Part shown: positions 53,493 through 64,000 of the stretch, piece by piece
How the letters are laid out: every line of letters starts with the position of its first letter
How positions within the stretch are numbered: position 1 is the stretch's first letter
Assembly (NCBI GenBank): GCA_964016885.1
Contig: OZ024743.1
Span: forward strand, 364,312,001-364,376,000
From: Eledone cirrhosa
Lineage: Eukaryota
Reading direction: 5' to 3'
Length of the DNA: 64,000 nucleotides
The notes under the pieces: generated by a model
What the model was told of the DNA's origin: nothing
Databases searched by the model: none
Seen by the model: the letters and a program-made list of their open reading frames with translations, nothing else
Translations under genes and position numbers: made by a program

Positions 53493-53937
53493 ATTTCTTC
53501 TCTATTTTTTATGTATTTCTCTTTTTTTTCCACTAAATCAAATTTTGCCCCTTCTCTTCATATCCCAATGTCTACGCCACCCTCATTTCAATATCCTACA
53601 TAAATTTCTTTCTCTTTCAAACATTCACTTACCCACAATACCTGTTATTTTATCCCATCTCCTCTCTAATTCCCTTTTCACTTCCCCTCTTTGTTTTCCA
53701 TTCCTCCCTATATTTAACTGTCCCTATATATGACTGTTTGTTTCAGAGGCTGTTAACCACCACCACCACCTCTGTCTGTTAAAATCTCACAAATCTATTT
53801 ATCTATCTAATCTACCACTCTTTATAATACTTTCGGGTATTGGTGTTGGTAGTGGTGATCAATATCATGTAATTAATTATATAGTCAAGCTTGTGAAATT
53901 ATAAGTTAGAATTTGTTTTTAAAACTATTGAACTTGC

Positions 53938-54028
53938 CTGACTGAAGAGCAGATATGAAAATACTTCCTGCAGTTTGCTGATAATACCACCAGGTTGTGC
54001 TGGCAATGCTAATACTTCTTCTCTGAAA
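53938..54028 (-). CDS. USP38: USP38-like exon (FREEVLALPAQPGGIISKLQEVFSYLLFSQ) ending at a GC donor
   Basis: tgtctttAG acceptor, 91 nt restores phase, CAG|GCAAGT donor; fits the USP segment after the Cys box. Confidence 0.85.
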
Positions 54029-56829
54029 CTAAAGACAAAATATTCACACATTATTATAAAACTCGATACCTTGTTATAATGATACTAAAGTGATGGTATA
54101 TATATTATGTTACCAAAAATAACTTTCCCTTCCATCACATTCCTTCAGTAAATCAAAATTTCCATTGCCCCACAAGGCACAAATCATCCCATCAACTTTT
54201 TAAACTATCTTGCCAATCAAATTCCTGGGCTGATACTTTATTTATCAACTCTGAAAAGTTGAAAGATAAAGTTGACTTCAGGAGGATTTGAACATAGAGT
54301 ACAAAAACAAATACCAAGGCATTTAATAAATAGATCCATGGTATAATAAATCCATCAGATTAAACTCATTGCAAATGAAGCTCAACAACAAAGAAAGATT
54401 AGAGAAAAGATAGCACTAGAAAAAGTCAAAATAGAAATTGAATTATTATGATTAAGGGCACAATGAACAAAAATTCAAATCAACTGATGAACAAATGGAA
54501 GTGGAAATATTTTTAAATGTCAATGGACCACTATATGAAACACCATTAAACTTTAGACAGAAAAATAAAAGGGTGAAGAAATGACATCACTACTAAGATG
54601 GGGGGAAAATAACAATTATTAACCATCTTGCCAACAACAACCCTGAGCACCTTTTTTGAACACCATGTGTCTAACATCCATGGGCATGCCTACAAAGTCA
54701 AAAAACAGCACAGTTCCCATGACTTTTGGAAACATTTTTTTCATGCCCAGAGTTGCTGAAGCATGAAAAAAACTACCTGCATCATTTGTTAGCTGTTGGG
54801 ACACTGCATCCTTTAAAACCTCCATGCTTCCTAAAATTCGCCAATACTACACCTGATATTCCCCCTCCACACACACACACGCATGTATCTGTGTGTATAT
54901 CATGTCTCATACACTGTTCACTTTCCTGACTTTTGTACATTATTCTATGATAAGTTGTAGTGCACAATAATTTTCATTATTATTATTAATATTGTTATTA
55001 TAATAAAGCACCAGTAATGTACTGGAATGCAGTGGCCTTGTACCAAAAATAGAAACAATTATTATCATTATGTAACCAAATATTATATCCAGATAACCCT
55101 CGTAAATGTGGGCATCATTGTGCAGTGAATACAGAAGTGAATAGGTGAGTGTCACAGAGTGGTGAGATTCTGACAGATCCCAAGCTATCCCCAGATATGT
55201 AGGCAATGTGGTACAGTAAGTATGAGAGAGGATGAGTGAGAGTGGTCCACATGTGATGGAAACAAATATATTGAGTCGGAAATAAACAATTAACTGAGAT
55301 TATATAAGCAATTTAACAGCAGAAATCCCCTCTAGTGATGTTTATAATTTAATATAAGCAAATAATGGAAATCAGTTGGTCTAAATGTTAATATAATATA
55401 GACAATACAATCTGCTTTGTCTCTATTGTCCAACAATTTCAATCAATATTAGAGTTATCTGTCTTGTTCATTTTTTTATTTTATCTAGTCCTAAAGAGAA
55501 TTTTTGTAACCATCTTTTTACCCACTATATTATGTGTGTCCTGGAGAGGAGATGGGCTCGGCCAAGCTTAAAAATACACTAGAAACGTTGTATGAAAATA
55601 TGGCGCCACTACGACTCCCTCAGGAGTTGACGGTCCATACATATATTACAGCAGTTAATTTTATATGAGTTATTCCCCTTGCATCTATTTAGAATTATGG
55701 TCGTTATCATCATCATCATTTAAAGACCATTTTTCCTGCTAGTAAGGGTCAGACAGGTCGTCACAGTATTTAGAAAGAGTTACTGACTTCTCACATGGAC
55801 ATGAGACCTGTATTTAGCTTACGTTCCCTCACTCTACTGTGTCTTCAGAAGGCCCGGGGGGCACATACATTCCTATGCCTTACCAAGGGCATTTTATCGT
55901 GACACCAGCACTAGGAAGATTATCATATTTTTGACATAGCTGAAAAGTCCTTTTCACCCTTTATTTGAAAAGTTTTCTATGGCTAGATACCTTTCCTATC
56001 ACTAATCACTTTATAGAGTGTACTGGGTGCATTTAGTGTGTAGATAATCAACACTACAAAGGTTGTTGAGCCCTTAACACAATTAAAAAGTCCTCTCAAC
56101 TCTTTGTTTGGCATGATTTCTGCATAAGGATGACTTTATTAACAACTACCTTACTGGTGTACTGGGTCCATTTTTCGTGGCACTAGCACTAGAGAGGTTT
56201 TCGGTCATTGGCTCAACTGAGAAGCCCTCTCTACCCAATGAAAGTAAGAACGATGATAAATATGATTTATGAACATATGAAAACTATGGTGATAGGGTGA
56301 TGAGTAGGAGGGGAGGGTACTTCTGATAGCATGGAAATACTGTGATGATAGCAGCAACTAAAGGGTTATGACTTGTGTGTCAAGATTTCCAAGGCTGAGT
56401 GAACATTTAGAGTGGGAGAAGGGTGGGGATGATCCTTGATACAGTAGGGGTAGAGATGTACAGTGACAATAATAATAGTTACTAAGGAGTAACAGTGAAG
56501 GGAGGGGGCATTGATGGGATGGGGTGTATAGTGATGATGAGAATAGCTAAGGAGTGATAGTAGAGGGAAGCATGATGAATGGGCCAGATCACATGTAATG
56601 CAGGTAGGTGGATCTTTTCCAGTACCACAGGTTGCCAATTGTTGAGGTTTTTTGTCATTTCTGCCATGAGGTACAGCTTCCTAATGTCCATACCAACATC
56701 GTTTTCTCTCTTGCACACAACTTCTAATTTCTCTGATGACAAGTTTTACACCCAGCTTACTTGTACTACACCATTTACCCACACTAACATTACCTATCCA
56801 TTAGATATTACTTATTTCATTTATTTATA

Positions 56830-57180
56830 GCTATTGCAAGTCTTCATCAGTCAAGGTCCATATCACACTGCCATGTAACTTTGAAATGTGTATGCAGACA
56901 TCATAAAGTCTACCCTTCATTTTGAAAGAGAAGACCTTTGTTGACATCAGGGGTACTAGTTCTCTAAATTTCTTCCACCCTATTTTTATCATAGTTACCA
57001 TGCTTTCGGAGCATACTCCCCTCACTGCTGGTAAGCTCATCTAGGTAACAAAAGCAGTCAACAACTTCTAGGAAGCCTCGCAGGTAATTCAGGCAATCTG
57101 TATCACATTATGCTCTTATTGGTTACTTCTCCTTTGCATTTGCCACATATAAAGCATATTTTTTTCCATTAACATGCCTG
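56830..57180 (-). mobile_element. RTE-like LINE fragment in USP intron
   Basis: GWKKFRELVPL, MKGRLYDVC, LHGS. Confidence 0.75.
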
Positions 57181-57309
57181 TAATCTCACATTTTGCATTT
57201 AACCGTTTCATTAATCATCAAATAATTTTTTAAATAGTCAAGAATTTGGATGGATTTAATAATATAAATAACTTTATAATTATTCAGTTAATATTTGGAA
57301 CATAACTTA

Positions 57310-57795
57310 GGATGGCAAAAGGCCAGACGGTATGACCATCTTCCTGTTCCACAGTGGTAAACCCCTCATCTAGGATGCCACATGCAGTGACACATTCTCC
57401 AGCAGCAACCTTGTGCAGTCTGTGACTAACCCAGGTTCTACTACACTTTGGGCTGAAGAGGGTAAACTCTCCAAGTATCAGTCGCTCTCTGACAAGTTTG
57501 CAATCAAGCCCCTAGCAGTGGAGACTTCTGGTGTCCTTGGCTCTAGAGCTAACTCCCTACTCACCACCATAGGCACTGGGCTAGCTAGCTACAGGTATGA
57601 GCATCGCGAGATGGAATGGCTCTTCCAGCGCATTTCCCTCACCATCCTCTGGGAAAACGCCTTCTCCATTCTGTCTAGTGGGGCCATAGGGAAGCCAATG
57701 TGTGGGACCCCATTTGCTCATAACAGTGAGATGGGGAGGGCGAGAGAGATGGAGGCGATGACAGTGGGAGTTTGGCTCCTCTGTATTTGGACCTG
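57310..57795 (+). mobile_element. CRE-type non-LTR retrotransposon 3' end (restriction-like endonuclease)
   Basis: DGKRPDGMT...DATCSDT, AVETSGVLG, LFQRISL. Confidence 0.8.
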
Positions 57796-58129
57796 GTGTA
57801 CATCATCATCATCACCGTTTTACGTCCGTTCTTCCATGTTAGCATGGGTTAGATGGGTTGTCCTGTTGTGGGAAGTGTCCAGTCGGCTAACCTTGTCTTG
57901 CTCATACGGGAACTGATTCTGGCTTGATTTCTACAGCTGGATGCCCTTCCTAACATCAACCTCATTTACAGTGAGTGCTGGGTGCTTTTTTCCATGGCGC
58001 CTACACGTCCACTTTACAGTGTGGGCTAGGTGCTTTTTTGCCGTGGCACCACCACGCCCACTTTGCAGTGAGAGGGGGTGGGGCATATTGTCTATATGCT
58101 TCAACTTCGGCTTGTACCCTTGGGAGGTC

Positions 58130-58600
58130 GGGTACTCTGTATTACTGCGTGATGCCAGAGGTCACGGTCGTGTGTCATCGCCTTTGAGAGGTGTAATTGG
58201 GTAAGGTTGGCTTTTATCACCTCATCCCAGGTCTTCTTGGGTCTCCCCACTCCGTGGCTTCCATCGACTTCTAGTGCTCTGCACCTTTTTATGTAGCTGT
58301 CATCCTTCAAACACATCACATGTCCATACCAATGCAACCTCCTCTCCTGCACACAGCATTTGATTCCTCTTATGCTCAGTCTCTCTCAATTCATTTATGC
58401 TTTGCCATTCATGTATATTACTATTACACATCCATCGGAGCATGCAAGCTTCGTTTCTTTCTAATCTACGCAAGTCTTCTACAGACAGTGCCCAGGTCTC
58501 ACTACCATGTAACATTGCTGTTCGTATACACGCATCATACAGTCTGCCTTTCATTTTGAGGCAAAAGCCTTTTGCAGCTAGTAGTGGCTACCTGAACTTC
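58130..58600 (-). mobile_element. RTE-like LINE 3' end in USP intron
   Basis: MLHGSETW, LHWYGHV, GRPKKTW. Confidence 0.8.
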
Positions 58601-58838
58601 TTGAACTTCTTGTGTGTGTATGTTTGCTTCTTTGTGTTTCTGAACAACATTATAACTACACCTGATGTTCCCATTTAACAAAGGTTTTGAGCAATAACTA
58701 TGATGGAAGGTAAATATAAATAAACAATTTAGTATCATTGAGCCAGGAGCAGTTTCAGGTCGTTTGATATCAAAAGGGTTAAATCTTAGAAAATGAAAAT
58801 AAAAAAAGACAAATTAGTAATAATTAATTTATACTTAC

Positions 58839-59026
58839 TTATCCAACATAAAGAGAACTTGGATGATAGTATTCATATAACAAGAATTCTTAACATTGCA
58901 CAATCCAGTTTTTCTCAATAGAGTCTTTTGAATGTCAATAGTAGGTACAGTATAAGTTTTGATATTACATAATGCTGCAATAGGTTTAGCTTTAGTTAAT
59001 TCCAACTCCTTGACTGAAAAATAATT
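58839..59026 (-). CDS. USP38: USP38-like exon carrying the Cys box (KTGLCNVKNSCYMNTIIQVLF)
   Basis: poly-T ccAG acceptor, AA|GTAAGT donor, 188 nt; USP Cys-box motif. Confidence 0.9.
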
Positions 59027-59633
59027 CTGGAAAAAAAATTTTTTTTTTAATTTTTAATCAAAAGTCCATTAATATTTATATATATTTCAATTAGTGGAAA
59101 TTATTTTATGTTGTAACTAAGAAGAGAAGTTTAAAATTTGTTTTGGATGCTAGAGAGAAAATAAAAACTTTATCACTAGGCTACAAAATTGGAAATGAGA
59201 AAATGAAAGAAGTAGAGGTGATGTTACCAATATATCTGCTATATGTGAACTGAAGTAATTAATGTTCTGTACCAGTTAAAAATAACACACATAGTTCAAA
59301 CAATGAAATAAGAGAAGTCTCATATATCTTACAGATGCTTTTCTTTCTCCAGAGAGAAAAATAAAGGTTTTATGGAAAAAAAAAGATTTTATTAGTCATT
59401 GAATGTTTATACAGTTCAAACAGTAGAATTTGTTTTATGACATGATGAAGAAGAGAAGTGTAATGATTGCTTTTGAAACTTGCCCTTCTTTGGAGAGAGA
59501 GAGAGAAAGAGAGAGAGTGGAAAATGCACAAATGTCTTATTTTATCACTAGGCTATCAAAAGGGTTAAACACCTCAAGGAGTTTTTCTCCACTAATTTCA
59601 TAGACAATCTCAATTATGTATAAAATAACTTAC

Positions 59634-59780
59634 CATGTGTTTGTACTTTATAAAAGGTACTTTCGAACGCCAATAAATTTCCAATTCCATGTTATCCACT
59701 AAAATTTCAATGCAGGTTAATCCATTGCTGCTTTTCTCCTCAGCTAGTACCGGAAGGGTATTAACTAAAGCCATTATCAC
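59634..59780 (-). CDS. USP38: USP38-like exon (VIMALVNTLPVLAEEK...KYKHM)
   Basis: atatAG acceptor, ATG|GTAAGT donor, 147 nt open in phase 0. Confidence 0.75.
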
Positions 59781-60469
59781 CTATATCATAACAGTAAAAA
59801 ATTAATCAAAGCATTTTAATAAAATATATCACCATCATCATCATTTAACATCCCTTTTCCCAGCTAGCAAGGATTCAACCAGTCGTCACTGACCGAGTCA
59901 GTACACAAGCAGAGCTACTGACACTCTGGTGGCCTCCATCTCACTTACATACATCCCCATGCTCTACCAAGGGCATTTTATTATTACACCAGCACTAGGA
60001 AGGTTGTATTGTTTTTAACACAGCTGAAGAATCCACTTCACCATTTTTGCTATGGTTTCTACAAAATGCTCTCCCTATCACCAACCACCTTACATGGTTT
60101 ACTGGGTACATTTTTCATAGAACCAGCAGTAGGGAGGTTGTCAATCATAAACTCAACTAATGAGCTCTCTACCCTAAAAGGGTAAAAAGGTTGATAAGTA
60201 TGATGTCATGGGTGCATGACAAGTGTGGTGGGGTGGTAGGATTTGACAGGATGGCGAATAGGGCGAGAGGGTGACCCTCAGTAGAGTGGAAGAGGTGTGA
60301 GGTAATCCTAGATAGAGTAGAGGTAGGGTTATAGTGATGGTAAGAATAGTTACTGAGAGTGATAGTAGAGAGGGACATGAATACAGTGGAGAATAGCTAA
60401 TAAGGAGTGATAGTGGCAGGAGGAACATGTGGATGAGTGAATTAATATTTTATGCAATCCTTTGTTATC

Positions 60470-61080
60470 TCCATTGAGAAGTTCAGATCCTTAAGGTCAG
60501 TCTTCACTATCTTATCCCATGTTTTCTTGGGTCTGCCTCTTCTAGAAGTTCCATCCACTGAGACTTCTCTGCACTTCTTTATACAGCTGTCATCTTCCAT
60601 ATGCATTATATGTCCATATTAATGCAGTCTTCTCTCTTGCACACCACATCCAATTCCTCTGATGCCATGTCTTTCTTTTAGCTCACTTATGCTATATTGT
60701 TAACATTACACAACCATTGAAGTGTACATGCTTCATTTCTTTCTAGCCTTTAGCAAGTCTTCTGCAGTCAAAGCCCATGTCTCACTGTCATGTAACATTG
60801 TAGTTCACATCATACAGTCTACCCTTCATTCTAAGAGGGAAGCTCTTTGTTGTCAGCAGAGGTACTAGTTCTCTAAATATCTTCCACTTTCTTCTTACCC
60901 TGGCTACCATGCTTTCAGAGCATCCTCCATCACTGTAGGTAAGAAAAGCTGTCAACAAACTCTAGGAAGCCTCCTTGGCAATTCAGGGAATTTATTTCAC
61001 ATGCACTACTGCATATAGAATTTACCTTCTCTGTTAGACTGCTTGTAATCCCACTATATCTCTTAAGTGTCCATAGTTTA
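60470..61080 (-). mobile_element. RTE-like LINE 3' end in USP intron
   Basis: FVDSFSYL and GRPKKTWDK-like, degenerate. Confidence 0.75.
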
Positions 61081-61084
61081 CAGT

Positions 61085-62500
61085 GTGTGTAATGGGGATA
61101 GTTGCTGGGATGCTGAAAGCATCTGGTATGGTGAAACACAAGCAAACCACATGTATAGTAAACCAAGTAATACAGGACGGCATCGTACCTAATGACTGGC
61201 ATAACAGCAGCATTTTCTACTGCTACCAGGGCAAGGGGGATGCATTGGACAGAAGAAACTATAGATGCATCACATTGATGGACCAGGTCATGAAAACAAC
61301 TGAAAGAGTTATTGCACAACTAGAGATAAAATTAACATAGATGAGATGTAGTTTGGCTTTGTACTTGGTAAAGGCACCACAGATGCTCTCTTCCTTGTGA
61401 AACAGCTGCTATAGAAGTGCCTAGCTAGGAGTAAGCCCCTCTACCTAGCAATCGTTGATATGGAAAAGGTTTTGACATACTTTCCTGTTCCATAATCTGG
61501 TAGGTTCTTAGAAAACATAGGGTAAAGGAATGGCTTGTAAGTGTGTTACTAGCCATGTACAGAGGTGTAGTCAGTAAAGTTAGAATTAACAATGAATATA
61601 GTGATGAATTTAAAGTGCAAATGGGGGTCCATAAGGGCTCTGTTCTCAGTTCCCTCCTGTTTATTATTGTTCTCCAGGCCATAACGAAGAAGTTTAAGAC
61701 TGGTTGCTTATGGAAACTCCTATATGCAAATGATTTAGTCCTCATAGCTGAGTTAGCAGCAGAACTGGAAAAAGAATTCCAGGCATGGAAGCAAAACCTA
61801 GAATCAAAATGCCTCAGAGTCAACTTGACAAAGACTAAAGTTATAGTAAGTAAAAAAGAAAACAGGTTGAAATTCCATCTAATGTACAAAATGTAATTCA
61901 AGGGTACACAAGATATGCAGCAGGATCTCAGGTGAATTAGCAAAGAATGTAAGCTGTGTATGCAGCAGATGCACAGGAGTAGTGAGCAGCAAGAGCTCAC
62001 ATGAAACAATCACTATCAACTGTTCAGAGGGCTTCCTAAAGATATTTAATAGATTCAGCTACCTGGGGTGGGAGGGATTAGCTGTGGAGGAGGTCGTTTT
62101 AAAAGTACAGAGTCGTAGTGAGGACCAGTTGAAAAATGTTTGGAGAGCTACTACCACTGCTTAGAGTGAAAGGCAGATTGTATGATGCATGTGTACAAAC
62201 CAGCAATGATGCATGGAAGTGAGACTTTGGCTTCTTGTAAGGACTTACAGAGATTTTAAAGAAATAAGGTGAGCATATTCTAATAAATGTATACATAAAC
62301 AGCACCAATAAGTTGAGAGAAAAACTGTGCATAAGGATCAGATGCAGTGTGCAGGAGAGGAGACTATATTGGTATAGACATGTGATGCATATGGAGGATG
62401 ACAGACAACTGCATAAAGAAATGCAGAGCACTCAAAATTGATGGAACCTATGGAAGAGGAAGACCTAGTACAACTTGAGATGATGATGTGAAGGTCAAAC
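61085..62500 (+). mobile_element. Degenerate RTE-like RT in USP intron
   Basis: YQGKGDALDRRNYRCI, GVHKGSVLS, LLYANDL, GRGRP. Confidence 0.8.
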
Positions 62501-62993
62501 TCATGCTAAGGACCAAGATGTCTGGAGACCATCTCTGATAGTCCGGCAGCTTTTCCCTTTCCCATCTCCATGATTGCTTCTTTAACCCTCTAATTGTCAA
62601 CTTCAATAACCAGTCCCTCTGTTGAGTAATTCTTCTACTGAGTCTCCACATTTATCAACCTCTCATAATAGTAACATTTCTAGACCTCTTTTTTCTGAGC
62701 ATCAGAGAAGCTAAGTGCACTGGTATCATTCCAAACACATTCCGAGAATTGGAGCTTATTTTTAGAATTATTAGGGTTGACTAGATCTGGGTCTTTATTA
62801 GGGGACATGTATATAAATACAAACAAGCATCTATACAAGCAGATATATTTGGTGTACAACATGCATTCACATGCAGGTGTTAAGATGTGTGTAGTGGCAT
62901 GAGCACTAGCATATACTAGCACAGCCAAATTACTACATAAACACACAGATGCACATGCATATACTAATATACATATGTGCACACCTACCTCAA

Positions 62994-63066
<73 letters not shown>

Positions 63067-63366
63067 TGCACTTTGCCTTTCATCCTTTCAGGGTCAATAT
63101 ATAAAGAACCAATCCAGGAGCAGTAGATTGGTGGAATTGTTAGAGCATCAGATAAGATGCTTGGCAGTGTGAAGAAAGAAATGGAGAACTACCATGCTTG
63201 CCCTATTACCTACACACTCAAATGACAACATAAAAATGGTATTATGCTGCTGTGAGAGAAGCTATATTATAAAGAATCTACATTAGATTTATCTAAGATA
63301 AATCTAATATTTATATATCTTTCAAGACTAAATCAATTAAAAACCCTTCAAGGCAATACCCCAGCA

Positions 63367-63510
63367 TGGCTATAGACCAATGGCTATAGACAATGACTAT
63401 AGACCAATGACTATAGACCAATTGGCTATAGACCAATGACTATAGACCAATGACTATAGACCAATGACTATAGACCAATTGGCTATAGACCAATGGCTAT
63501 AGACCAATGA
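63367..63510. repeat. 14-15 bp tandem repeat (tg[g/a]ctatagaccaa), about 10 units, inside a SINE-like tail
   Basis: Flanked by ccccagcatggc and tgactgaaac. Confidence 0.9.
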
Positions 63511-63582
63511 CTGAAACCAATATTAAACAATACACAACAATACAAGAATAAATTACAGTAAAAAAAAGTAACACACACAAAC

Positions 63583-63684
63583 CTGATATATATGATCGGG
63601 ACTTATATGTATCTTCGTATACATATGTACTAAGATATTAACAGCCGATTCTCGTGAAGCAACAGGTTTAAGCATGCTGGTTAC
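63583..63684 (-). CDS. USP38: USP35/USP38-like deubiquitinase, first visible internal exon (VTSMLKPVASRESAVNILVHMYTKIHISPDHIYQ); upstream exons lie beyond the window
   Basis: tttattccAG acceptor, CAG|GTTTG donor, 102 nt phase 0/0; recalled resemblance to the pre-catalytic segment of USP38. Confidence 0.7.
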
Positions 63685-64000
63685 CTGGAATAAAAGAGAA
63701 AAGAATAAACAGATATAATGTATCACTCATTGTTGCCATCCAACTCTCTTTCTCCAAATACTCTCTCTCTCTCACTTCCATTACTATCTCTTCTATTACC
63801 CTGTTTCTCTCCTTTTACTCTTTCTTCCCATATCACACAGCTCATACTGTCTCACTGTCTAAATATCTATACAGTGCAGCATTTTAAAACCTAAATGAGC
63901 AACAAAATGTCTATCATTTTAAGCTAATTTGATATTTTGCTAGCTTATCCTTACGTTCTCGCATTGCTTTAAACAGCAACTACAAAGTGCAACAACTACA

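Noticed and set aside
53943-53972. CTGAAGA...GAAA hammerhead-like string on the plus strand
   Set aside because: No stem II or stem I pairing; it is the antisense of a USP exon
63367-63510. CRISPR-like short repeats
   Set aside because: No spacers, no cas genes, eukaryotic context

Overview
Eukaryotic, AT-rich, repeat-dense DNA; the SINE families and microsatellite load suggest an octopus or other coleoid cephalopod (inference). One host gene is visible: the 3' six coding exons of a divergent USP35/USP38-like deubiquitinase on the minus strand (63684 to 51732), including a GC-AG intron. The rest is transposon-derived: one near full-length Neptune-like Penelope-like element (PLE, ~28512-32465), many PLE 3' fragments, four Helitrons (one with most of RepHel, two internally deleted, one ~250 bp), RTE, Tx1/L1, CRE, CR1-like and R4-like LINE fragments, Nin-domain tRNA-derived SINEs and small MITEs. 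The most striking structure not shown by the ORF track is a set of about 20 minimal type-I hammerhead ribozyme (HHR) motifs from at least ten sequence families. Most sit in head-to-head fold-back PLE termini inside (TA)n tracts, share a one-sided tail architecture, and several are broken inside the ribozyme. Coordinates were counted by eye and may be off by a few bases.
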